Under the pieces are notes generated by a model, which worked only from the letters and a program-made list of their open reading frames with translations, ran no database searches and was not told the origin of the DNA. This document shows, in pieces, positions 1 to 8,264 of a stretch of 64,000 bases of DNA (positions are counted from its first letter, which is position 1; the number at the start of each line of letters is the position of its first letter). Location: NCBI GenBank assembly GCA_020630395.1, contig JAHDBM010000002.1:20234-84233 (forward strand), read 5' to 3'. Made by a program: the position numbers and the translations under genes. This DNA comes from Flavobacteriales bacterium (GTDB lineage: Bacteria; Bacteroidota; Bacteroidia; Flavobacteriales_D; CAJJDF01).

Positions 1-2334
1 TACTTCTTGGAATGTATTTAACGCCAATTCACTTAAAGTAGAAACTGCTTTAGGGTATCTTAATAGTTTTTTTGGTGTAAAGACAACCAGTGGTTTTCTA
101 AAATGTCTTTTTACTTGTCTTCTTAATAAATGAAAGAAGTTTGCAGGCGTAGTACAGTTTGCAACCTGAATATTATTTTCAGCACACATCATTAAATAAC
201 GCTCCATACGTCCGCTAGAGTGCTCACTTCCCATCCCTTCGTATCCGTGAGGTAGAAGCATAACTAATCCATTCATTACTCCCCATTTTTCTTCTGCGGC
301 AGTAATAAATTGGTCAATCATAATTTGGGCTCCATTATTAAAGTCTCCAAATTGAGCTTCCCAAATTATTAATCCTTGTGGAGTTCCAAATGCATATCCG
401 TAATCAAAACCAAGCACTCCATATTCAGAAAGTAATGAGTTATAAATATGAAATTTAGCTTGATTATCAGAAAGTAAATTTAATGTTGTAACCTCTTCTT
501 CGTCATCTTCTGTTTTAACTACTGCATGTCTATGCGAAAATGTTCCTCTTTCAACATCTTGTCCAGAAACTCTAACAGGATGACCTTCATCTAATAGAGA
601 TGCATAGGCTAACATTTCTGCACTTCCCCAGTCTAAGCGATCTTCCATAATCATGTTATGGCGATCTTTCATGAGTTTCACGATTTTACGGAAATATTTT
701 TTCCCTTCAGGTAATTGAGTGATTTTATTTCCTAATTCTTTTAATTTTTCTGTATTAACCCCTGTCTCGTAAGTCGCAAAAATATCTTCATCTTTAGCAA
801 AAGAATAATCTTGCCAAGTACGATTTAAAAAGTGTTTTACAACCGCTTTTTCAACTTGTTTAGATTTAACAAAATCATCTTCTAAAACCAAATGAAATTT
901 TTCTTTCATTGTTTTAGCTTCATCAGCAGAAACAACACCATTTTTTTCTAGTTGATCTAAATAAATATCTCTTGGGTTTGGGTGTTTAGCTATCGTTTTA
1001 TAAAGCTTTGGTTGTGTAAACTTAGGTTCATCACCTTCATTATGTCCATATTTTCTATAGCAAAGTAAATCGATAAATACATCTCGTTTAAATTCTTGAC
1101 GATATTCTAACGCAATTTCCATTACTTGAACAACAGCTTCAGGATCATCTCCATTTACATGAAAAACAGGAGCTAAAGTAGTCTTAGCAACATCAGTACA
1201 ATATGTACTTGATCTTGCATCTAGATAATTTGTTGTAAATCCAACTTGGTTGTTAATGACAATATGAACCGAACCTCCTGCTCGGTATCCATCTAACTGT
1301 GCCATTTGCACGACTTCATATACCACTCCTTGACCAGCAACAGCAGCATCACCATGTATAATTATAGGGACTATTTTATCTTCAGTTTCTAAGTAATTAT
1401 CGATTTTAGCTCTCGTAAGTCCTTCTACCACTGGTGCAACAGCCTCTAGGTGAGATGGGTTAGGAGCTAATGTCATGTGTACATTATGCCCTTTATCTGT
1501 TTCGATATCACATGACCAACCTAAATGATACTTTACATCACCATCAAAATTTTCATCTTCATAATCTTTACCTTCAAACTCAGTAAAAATTTGCTCGTAA
1601 GGTTTATTAAAAATATTAGCAAGAACATTTAAACGACCTCTGTGAGCCATTCCAAATACAAATTCTTTTACACCTAATTCAGCACCTCTTTCAACTAACT
1701 TGTCTAAAGCAGGGATAAGAGATTCAGCTCCTTCAATTGAGAAACGCTTTTGACCAACATATTTTTTTCCCAAGAAATTTTCAAACTCTACAGTTTGATT
1801 TAATTTATGTAGAATATGCTTTTTTTCTTCTGAAGAATAAGTAGGCCTATTTTTTAATTCAATTTTTTCTTTTAACCAATTTAAACGTTTTGGTATCCGG
1901 ATGTACATATACTCTACACCAATAGATTCGCAATAAGTTGCTCTAAGGTGATCTATTATATGTTGAAGTGTTGTATGACCTAATCCAACTTCTTCACCAG
2001 CTTGGAATGTCTTAGTTAAGTCTTCTTTCGATAGCCCATAATTTTCGATATCTAATTTGGGTTCGTAGTTACGTCTTTCTCTAACTGGATTTGTTTTGGT
2101 AAACAGGTGACCTCTAAATCGATAATCATCAATTAAATTGAGAACTTTAAATTCTTTATGTAAATTTTCAGGTATAGCTCCTGATCCTTCTTCGTAATTA
2201 GATTGTTGAAATTCGAACCCTTTAAAAAAATGTTGCCAGCTTTCGTCAACTAGCTTTGGGTTTTGCTTGTATTGTTGGTAGAGATCTTCAAAAGCATTTA
2301 CATCTCCATTTCCAATGTATGAGAACTTATCCAT
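1..2334 (-). CDS. sucA: 2-oxoglutarate dehydrogenase E1 component, partial (C-terminal end lies beyond the left window edge)
   Basis: Not in the ORF track because the frame runs off the edge. Hand translation of the minus strand from the ATG (complement of 2332-2334) gives MDKFSYIGNGDVNAFEDLYQQYKQNPKLVDESWQHFFKGFEF. Further on come RFSIEGAESLIPALD, GMAHRGRLNVLANI, IIIHGDAAVAGQGVVYE and LLPHGYEGMGSEHSSGRMERYL, typical SucA/ThDP E1 motifs. The frame stays open for exactly 778 codons to position 1. Confidence 0.9.
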   Translation of the reverse strand, partial: MDKFSYIGNGDVNAFEDLYQQYKQNPKLVDESWQHFFKGFEFQQSNYEEGSGAIPENLHKEFKVLNLIDDYRFRGHLFTKTNPVRERRNYEPKLDIENYGLSKEDLTKTFQAGEEVGLGHTTLQHIIDHLRATYCESIGVEYMYIRIPKRLNWLKEKIELKNRPTYSSEEKKHILHKLNQTVEFENFLGKKYVGQKRFSIEGAESLIPALDKLVERGAELGVKEFVFGMAHRGRLNVLANIFNKPYEQIFTEFEGKDYEDENFDGDVKYHLGWSCDIETDKGHNVHMTLAPNPSHLEAVAPVVEGLTRAKIDNYLETEDKIVPIIIHGDAAVAGQGVVYEVVQMAQLDGYRAGGSVHIVINNQVGFTTNYLDARSSTYCTDVAKTTLAPVFHVNGDDPEAVVQVMEIALEYRQEFKRDVFIDLLCYRKYGHNEGDEPKFTQPKLYKTIAKHPNPRDIYLDQLEKNGVVSADEAKTMKEKFHLVLEDDFVKSKQVEKAVVKHFLNRTWQDYSFAKDEDIFATYETGVNTEKLKELGNKITQLPEGKKYFRKIVKLMKDRHNMIMEDRLDWGSAEMLAYASLLDEGHPVRVSGQDVERGTFSHRHAVVKTEDDEEEVTTLNLLSDNQAKFHIYNSLLSEYGVLGFDYGYAFGTPQGLIIWEAQFGDFNNGAQIMIDQFITAAEEKWGVMNGLVMLLPHGYEGMGSEHSSGRMERYLMMCAENNIQVANCTTPANFFHLLRRQVKRHFRKPLVVFTPKKLLRYPKAVSTLSELALNTFQEV

Positions 2335-2444
2335 TTGGAATTTAAGTTTTAGTTGTTTTACCTAATTAGGCATTTATTTAAACGTACAGTAAAGTTATGT
2401 ATTTTATTCCATCAATCCTGATAACGTATGGATTTTTGTGCGAA

Positions 2445-2504
2445 TTGAACAAAAAATTGAACAAAAAATTGAACAAAAAATTGAACAAAAAATTGAACAA
2501 AAAA
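2445..2504. repeat. Perfect 12-bp tandem repeat TTGAACAAAAAA x5 (five phased A6 tracts)
   Basis: Read directly: units at 2445, 2457, 2469, 2481 and 2493 with no mismatch. The last unit runs into the left arm of the adjacent terminator hairpin. It lies about 110-170 bp upstream of the sucA start codon. Confidence 0.95.
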
Positions 2505-2530
2505 AACTCCTTGAAATTTCAAGGAGTTTT
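2503..2530 (-). terminator. Rho-independent terminator downstream of the DUF1573 gene 2549..3052
   Basis: Perfect 28-nt palindrome AAAACTCCTTGAAA/TTTCAAGGAGTTTT. On the minus strand the hairpin is followed by a T8 run. It sits 19 bp after the stop codon at 2549. Confidence 0.85.
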
Positions 2531-2548
2531 AAATTAGTCATTATGATA

Positions 2549-3052
2549 TTAATTTTTCATTAATGGAGCAGTAGTCTCTTTTTTAACTGGAGCACCATCT
2601 TCAGGAGCTGCTTTTAATACTTCACCCGCAATTTTAACAACCTTTACTGGTGCATTTTTTGCATTTGAAGTAATCGTTACAGATTTGTTTATTTTACCAA
2701 CTCTATTAGTTGCATACGTAACTTTCATTGATGCACTTTTACCAGGAGCAATGGCTTCTCTTGGCCAAGTAGGCACAGTACATCCGCAGCTTCCTTTTGC
2801 ATTAGTAATTACTAATGGTTCAGTACCAGTGTTAGTTATGGTAAAGAAACAATCACCATTAGCACCTTTCTGGATTTTACCATAATTGTGAGTTTCTTTA
2901 TCAGTAGAAATAGCAGGACCTGCTGCTGCAGATGCTTCTTTCTTTACTTCAGTAGACTTAGCTTCTTTATTAGTAGCTTTTGCATCTACTTGAGCAGTTG
3001 CTGCTAGACTAAAGCTAGCTACAAGTCCTAATGTTAATAATATCTTTTTCAT
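2549..3052 (-). CDS. DUF1573 domain-containing secreted protein (paralog 1)
   Basis: ORF 2549..3127 trimmed to the internal ATG at 3052, which gives the signal peptide MKKILLTLGLVASFSLAATAQ. It has the DUF1573 core HNYGKIQKG..CFFTITNTGTEPLVITNAKGSCGCTVPTWPREAIAPGKSASMKVTY..GKINKSVTITSNA. Confidence 0.8.
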   Translation of the reverse strand: MKKILLTLGLVASFSLAATAQVDAKATNKEAKSTEVKKEASAAAGPAISTDKETHNYGKIQKGANGDCFFTITNTGTEPLVITNAKGSCGCTVPTWPREAIAPGKSASMKVTYATNRVGKINKSVTITSNAKNAPVKVVKIAGEVLKAAPEDGAPVKKETTAPLMKN

Positions 3053-3083
3053 AATAATATATTTATAATCCTTAATATGGATG

Positions 3084-3512
3084 TTAGTTACCAGGTGTAA
3101 CTGCAGGTGCTGGAGCAGCAACTTCACCTTTAATTCTTACTACTTTAGTAGGTGCATTGGTAGCATTAGATGTAATTGTTACAGATTTATTAATTTTACC
3201 AACTCTTTTTGTGTCATATTTAACACTCATTTTAGCACTTTCTCCTGGAGCAATAGCTTCTTTAGGCCAGTTAGGAACAGTACATCCACAACTTCCTTTA
3301 GCTTTAGTGATAATTAATGGTTCGTTACCACTATTAGTAATAGTGAAAAAACACTCACCATTAGCACTTTTTTCTATTTTACCATAATCATGTACTTCTT
3401 TATCTACAGTGATTTCTGGACCATTCATTTTTACTTCTGCTTGAGCCATTGATACATTTGTAGCTAATAAGGCTACGATAATCATGCTAAATGATAATAC
3501 TAACTTTTTCAT
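3084..3512 (-). CDS. DUF1573 domain-containing secreted protein (paralog 2)
   Basis: Signal peptide MKKLVLSFSMIIVALLATNVSMAQA. The core is nearly the same as the downstream paralog (HDYGKIEKSANGECFFTITNSGNEPLIITKAKGSCGCTVPNWPKEAIAPGESAKMSVKY..GKINKSVTITSNA). Confidence 0.8.
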   Translation of the reverse strand: MKKLVLSFSMIIVALLATNVSMAQAEVKMNGPEITVDKEVHDYGKIEKSANGECFFTITNSGNEPLIITKAKGSCGCTVPNWPKEAIAPGESAKMSVKYDTKRVGKINKSVTITSNATNAPTKVVRIKGEVAAPAPAVTPGN

Positions 3513-3565
3513 AATTGTTTTAGTTTTTATTTGTTTTATAGTTTTGTTTAATTCAATAATTATAC

Positions 3566-3573
3566 CAAAGTTA
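3566..3573 (-). promoter_or_regulatory. Candidate Bacteroidetes -7 promoter box (TAACTTTG on minus strand) for the DUF1573 pair
   Basis: Exact match to the TAnnTTTG consensus, 54 nt upstream of the ATG at 3512, inside a 190-bp AT-rich intergenic region. Confidence 0.45.
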
Positions 3574-3703
3574 AAACCTTTAGTTTAATTGTTATTTGCT
3601 TTAACATCTCGTTAACAAGATAAGCATTTTGTCTTATTTTGTTATGTAATTGTACTCTTTAAAAGATAAAAAAGATGCCTTTTAAGCAAATGTTAACAAT
3701 AGC

Positions 3704-4306
3704 TTAACGTTCTGTGTTCTTCATCTTTTTATAATACGTTATCTCTTTCTTAAATAAATTAGCAAGAGATTTGGCTTCTTTTGCTTCAAGTTGCTTTCCA
3801 AATATTATTTTTTTATTAAGATAATCAAACGAGACAGTTTCATTTCCTAAATCCCAAAATGAACCAGACATAACCCTAGCATAACCATTTTGTTTTTGAG
3901 GAATTAATTCTATATCATCAATATTATGTAATAAATATTCATTTGCTTTACCATATTTACCAAAGGCTTTTTTTATAGTAATTTTATTAGGAGATATTTT
4001 AAAGTATTCCATTCCTTTTTTTCTCCAAAGGTATACTCGTGCTACACGATACTCAAATAACCCCCAAAAAACTAAAAATATAATTAAATATAATTGGAGA
4101 TCTTTTTTAGAAGAATTGACTAGCATAGACTCTGTAAAATTACCTGTTGCAAGAAAATAAAGCATAAAAAGACCAACAAGCGTCCACAAACATAACCAAC
4201 CAAAAATTAAGCTTTCTTTCCATTTATCTACTTTAGTAGAGATAATTAAGGTAGTATATTTGTCTTTATGTCTATGAAACGAAATTCTTGGAGACAACCA
4301 CTTCAT
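3704..4306 (-). CDS. Hypothetical membrane protein (two TM helices plus a C-terminal roughly 100-aa soluble domain, possibly bacterial PH/YdbT-like)
   Basis: 200-aa ORF. Hydrophobic stretches LIFGWLCLWTLVGLFMLYFLA and LQLYLIIFLVFWGLFEY. I recognise no family motif with certainty. Confidence 0.5.
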   Translation of the reverse strand: MKWLSPRISFHRHKDKYTTLIISTKVDKWKESLIFGWLCLWTLVGLFMLYFLATGNFTESMLVNSSKKDLQLYLIIFLVFWGLFEYRVARVYLWRKKGMEYFKISPNKITIKKAFGKYGKANEYLLHNIDDIELIPQKQNGYARVMSGSFWDLGNETVSFDYLNKKIIFGKQLEAKEAKSLANLFKKEITYYKKMKNTER

Positions 4307-4435
4307 ATATTGTTATATAATTGTTATTATTGAAACATAATTCAATACCTCGCGTTATTGGCATTGTATTTGAAGTATATTTATCGTTACGAAGATAGTA
4401 ACAATTGAAAAAAAAAGAATTAAAATAAATACGTT

Positions 4436-5314
4436 ATGAAAAGAATAATACTTGGAATCTCTGCAATGATGATTTTTGGTTCATCTATCTTAGCTCAAAG
4501 CAGTAAAATAGAAGAAGAATTAAGAATATTATATGCTGATGAAGAATATCAAAAATGTGCCCACAAGGCATTAAAATATAGTGAAGGGAAGTCTAAAAAT
4601 GATCCAGTTGTTTATGTATATGCATCTATGGCTTGTTTAAGGATGTCTCAAATACACGATAAAAAAGAGAAGTTTCCAAAGGCGTTTAAAGATGCTTTAT
4701 CTTATGCAGGAAAATACAGAAAAAAGGATAAATCTGGATCTTTGTATAAGAATTACATCAATCACTTTGAGGAAATTAAGAAAATTGTAGCTGAAGAAAT
4801 TGACAACTTTTTATTAGAAGACAGAAAGGAAAAGCAATATAAAGCGGCTAAAAAATCGGTTGGTTTATTGAAGAAAGTAAATACAATTGACCCAGATGAT
4901 AAAGGAGCAATGCTATTAAGAGGTCTTTTAGAGATTTTAGTTCAAAACGCAATGGAGGGTAAAGCAATTGTTAAAACATATTTACCATACATTAAAGAGA
5001 TTAAGGCAACAAGAGCTGAAATGCCTGTTGTAAAAGCAGAGGCAGAAGAAGATGATAAAAAGAAGAAAAAGAAATCTAAAAAGGGCAAAGAGATAAAGCC
5101 TATTAAAGCTTTTGAAGAAATGAGTGAAATGGAGCAAACACATTTAAGAATGGCGTTAATGGGTTATGCAGATTACTTGTACAAAAAGAGTAAAATTGAT
5201 GAAGCGAAAGAGGTAATTGAAATTGGAAAACCATTTTTCTATAAAGAGAATGAGTTATATCAAGCTAAGTACGATACAAAGTATAAAGCAATATATAATA
5301 AGATTAACGGCTAA
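4436..5314 (+). CDS. Hypothetical secreted helical protein with a lysine-rich low-complexity insert
   Basis: 292-aa ORF with signal peptide MKRIILGISAMMIFGSSILAQ and the stretch EEDDKKKKKKSKKGKE. It is followed by a clean terminator. Confidence 0.6.
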   Translation: MKRIILGISAMMIFGSSILAQSSKIEEELRILYADEEYQKCAHKALKYSEGKSKNDPVVYVYASMACLRMSQIHDKKEKFPKAFKDALSYAGKYRKKDKSGSLYKNYINHFEEIKKIVAEEIDNFLLEDRKEKQYKAAKKSVGLLKKVNTIDPDDKGAMLLRGLLEILVQNAMEGKAIVKTYLPYIKEIKATRAEMPVVKAEAEEDDKKKKKKSKKGKEIKPIKAFEEMSEMEQTHLRMALMGYADYLYKKSKIDEAKEVIEIGKPFFYKENELYQAKYDTKYKAIYNKING

Positions 5315-5335
5315 AGCATAGGATTAAAAAAAGTA

Positions 5336-5360
5336 AAGCGATTAGTAACACTAATCGCTT
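5336..5360. terminator. Bidirectional hairpin terminator between convergent genes
   Basis: AAGCGATTAG-TAACA-CTAATCGCTT (10-bp stem, 5-nt loop), flanked by an A-run on the left and a T7 run on the right. It lies between the stop at 5314 (+) and the stop at 5364 (-). Confidence 0.8.
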
Positions 5361-5363
5361 TTT

Positions 5364-6566
5364 TTATTCTTTTATATTACATTCATTATTATCAGAGGGA
5401 GTATTTATGGGGTTTAGTCTAAACATTTTCCCATCTTCAAAACTTGCTTTAAAGTCACTCCAATCATCAGAAGTATTGTGTCGTTCATCAGGCCTATAAT
5501 AATCAGTAGAGATCATTTGTGCTCCACTACTTATACCATTATTTAATCTGGAATAGTCGCCATTTCTAGCTTCATGAGTGCCAACATCTGATCGGGTCCT
5601 AACAAAATAGCCATTTCTTACCAATGCTTGAATAAAACTGTTGTTTGGTGTTGGGTCATCTATCTTAACAAAGGCAGTTTCAGGATCGTCTATTTCTCCA
5701 AAAACAAACATAGCTCTATTTTCTAAAGAAGGATGTCCGGTTAAGTAGTCTCGTTTTTGGTCATTATCAAAAAGAGCAATAAAACAAACTTTCCCCCTAG
5801 CATCTTTTAGCATTGGCCAACCATTGTTTTTAATGGAGGTGTTTACGTTCACAAAATCACCTCTAACAACATCAGGTGTTATAACATTAGATAAGTTATT
5901 GCCAAAGACAGCTTTAATTTCATCATCAATAATATCTAACCCACTTTGACCAAACTTTGTTATTTCAGTAAAGTTTATGGCATTTAAAGGAAAGGGTAAA
6001 TTACCTTCTAATCCATCTTCTTTTGGTTCCATCATGATGTATATAGGAAGGTGATTAGGATGAGCATCAGACCAAGCTTTTATTTCTTGCAAACCACTTT
6101 TTAATGTTAAATTGTTTGTCATGTAGTCTAAATCTGCGAAGTGGAGCATTTTTAATCCTGGATCTAGGAGTTCTGGCTCATTAGAAGTAGTTGATTCAAA
6201 AATTAAAGAATTCCCTTTTCTTTCGTAAAACTTTCCTCCAAGAGGGTCCATATAAAAGTCTAATTCAAACCCTCTAACATTAAAATCTTCAAGTTGAGTT
6301 TGTATAGTTTCATGAGTATAATCCCATTCATCAACTCTATAATTACTAGATAAAAACTGAATTTGCCTTAGTCTATTATACAAAGGAGCATAAGTTTTTA
6401 ATCGGTAACTATTATGGCTAGCAATATGTTGAAATTGGTTGATTCTAAGTGTATCCATTGCTTCAAGACAGGATAAACAGGCTGAATCATCAGCAAAGTC
6501 GATTCGTTTACAGCTTTCAGTAATAAAAAAACAAGCTAAGAAGGGAATTAATAGATAGTATTTCAT
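5364..6566 (-). CDS. Putative Ca-dependent phosphoinositide-specific phospholipase C-like lipoprotein (PI-PLC C1-like family)
   Basis: 400 aa with lipoprotein-type signal MKYYLLIPFLACFFITESC. The motif QHIASHNSYR and the overall size resemble the bacterial PI-PLC-C1-like family. Assigned from memory of the family signature only. Confidence 0.5.
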   Translation of the reverse strand: MKYYLLIPFLACFFITESCKRIDFADDSACLSCLEAMDTLRINQFQHIASHNSYRLKTYAPLYNRLRQIQFLSSNYRVDEWDYTHETIQTQLEDFNVRGFELDFYMDPLGGKFYERKGNSLIFESTTSNEPELLDPGLKMLHFADLDYMTNNLTLKSGLQEIKAWSDAHPNHLPIYIMMEPKEDGLEGNLPFPLNAINFTEITKFGQSGLDIIDDEIKAVFGNNLSNVITPDVVRGDFVNVNTSIKNNGWPMLKDARGKVCFIALFDNDQKRDYLTGHPSLENRAMFVFGEIDDPETAFVKIDDPTPNNSFIQALVRNGYFVRTRSDVGTHEARNGDYSRLNNGISSGAQMISTDYYRPDERHNTSDDWSDFKASFEDGKMFRLNPINTPSDNNECNIKE

Positions 6567-6580
6567 CTTTTAAAGGTAGC

Positions 6581-8146
6581 TTAATTAATAATGATTAATT
6601 GTTTAGTGGTTTTTCTGTTTTGATAATCTTTTACAATAACCATATATTTTCCACTAGCTATATTATTAATATTTAATATATGGTTTTGCTTTATGGTAGA
6701 TATTGATTGAGTTAATATAATTTTTCCTGTTAGGTCAATGATTTCTATTTCTTTAATGATATTATCAGAGATAATTGAAATGTTATCATTAGCAGGGTTT
6801 GGAAATAAAGTAAAGGATAAATTTTTGCTAAATGTTGTTATACTAATAGCGCTAGAATCCAATACGGTTAATATAGAGTCAGCCTTACAGCTATTAGGTA
6901 TTCCCCATCCAAAAAGATTATCAGGTGTTAAGTTTAGGTGGCTACTAGCTTTAACAGCATCCATAATTTCATAATTAGTTCTATTTGGATGAGCTTGTTT
7001 TAAACAAGCAACCATTCCACTAGCCAAAGGACAAGAAAAAGAGGTTCCATTACCATAACGAATAGTGTCAGAGGTGTGAATGTAATAACAGCTGTCTCCA
7101 ACAGTTGTTATATCTGGTTTAATTCTATTGTCGGCAGTAGGACCTTCAGATGAAAAATTTGCTTTAGTACTATCGTAATTAATTGCACCAACACACAAAA
7201 TGCTGTCAGCATCACATGGGGATGATAGTGATCCGGTTCCTTGGCTCCCGCTATTTCCTGCAGAAGTTACTATTATCATGCCTTTTTTTTGAGCAATGGT
7301 GACCCCTTGCGCAACAATAGTAGTGGTTCCATCCATTCCTACATAACCATAGCTTGTCTGTAGCGTGTCGAAATCCCTGTATCCAAGAGATATACTCGCT
7401 ATGTCAGCTCCAATAGAATCTGCTCTTTCTAGTCCTCTAACTAAGTTATATTCTTCTAAGTTAATTTCTACTGATGCCATTTCGGTTATGTATAGAGCAA
7501 AATTAGCTCGCGGGGCACTACCTATAAAGGTGCTGTCTATTTCTCCTGTAATTATGGAGCTTACATAAGTTCCGTGCGGGTGTTTATAATACACGTAAGA
7601 AGTGTCTGATTCAAAATCCCAAGTATCTACTATTCTATTTTGGTTTCTTAAATTTTGAAATCCATTTAAAGAATCAACTTTTGGAAACCCTGCGTCAAGT
7701 ACAGCAATGGTAATACCATTTCCTTTGAAGTTGTTGTCATGCAAACAACTAGCAGTTTTAGTTATTTCTAATTGATTGTATGTAAAGTTGTATAAGTTTG
7801 AGTCAGCAGCTCTATTTGTCGAACCGGATGAAGTTATGCTAAAGCGTTCTTTTTTGGTAAAATTAAGGGGTAAAGCATCTTTTACAAAATTAAAAGATGC
7901 AATTTCTTGCTCAGATAATAATGTGCTGTAATAAACTCCGTTCAACCATTTTGATTGATTATGAATTTTACCTTCATGACGAAGAATATCGATATATTCT
8001 TTTGCTACAGGGACATCATAAAAATCTGCTTGCTTATTTAAGTTTTCAAGGCCACCTTTATCTTTAAAAAAGACTAAGTACTTTGCTTCTTGAGCATAGG
8101 TTATAATAGAAATAACAGATAGTGATAAAGCAAGAAATAATTTCAT
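6581..8146 (-). CDS. S8 family (subtilisin-like) serine peptidase with T9SS type A C-terminal sorting domain
   Basis: Catalytic triad contexts GITIAVLDAGF (Asp), HPHGTYVSS (His) and GNGTSFSCPLASG (Ser), plus SAGNSG. The C-terminus LFPNPANDNISIIS...GKYMVIVKD...KQLIIIN matches the Por secretion tail (TIGR04183-type). Confidence 0.9.
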   Translation of the reverse strand: MKLFLALSLSVISIITYAQEAKYLVFFKDKGGLENLNKQADFYDVPVAKEYIDILRHEGKIHNQSKWLNGVYYSTLLSEQEIASFNFVKDALPLNFTKKERFSITSSGSTNRAADSNLYNFTYNQLEITKTASCLHDNNFKGNGITIAVLDAGFPKVDSLNGFQNLRNQNRIVDTWDFESDTSYVYYKHPHGTYVSSIITGEIDSTFIGSAPRANFALYITEMASVEINLEEYNLVRGLERADSIGADIASISLGYRDFDTLQTSYGYVGMDGTTTIVAQGVTIAQKKGMIIVTSAGNSGSQGTGSLSSPCDADSILCVGAINYDSTKANFSSEGPTADNRIKPDITTVGDSCYYIHTSDTIRYGNGTSFSCPLASGMVACLKQAHPNRTNYEIMDAVKASSHLNLTPDNLFGWGIPNSCKADSILTVLDSSAISITTFSKNLSFTLFPNPANDNISIISDNIIKEIEIIDLTGKIILTQSISTIKQNHILNINNIASGKYMVIVKDYQNRKTTKQLIIIN

Positions 8147-8264
8147 GTAGAGTTAGTTTATGTATAAAAATAGGATTTATATTCTACTAATGCCAATGAT
8201 TATAGATTGTAGAGTTGATTAAAAAATGTATTTTTATTAAAATTTAATTTTTTGATCTTTAATA

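Noticed and set aside
2445-2504. The 12-bp x5 repeat considered as a CRISPR array or minisatellite of mobile origin.
   Set aside because: The units are directly adjacent with no spacers, are far shorter than CRISPR repeats, and no cas genes or transposase are present. It is kept as a regulatory or structural repeat instead.
3612-3642. Imperfect hairpin AACAAGATAAG...CTTATTTTGTT in the 190-bp spacer between the membrane-protein gene and the DUF1573 pair, considered as a terminator or ncRNA element.
   Set aside because: It has one mismatch, an AT-rich stem and no adjacent T-run on either strand. I cannot distinguish it from chance structure in AT-rich DNA.
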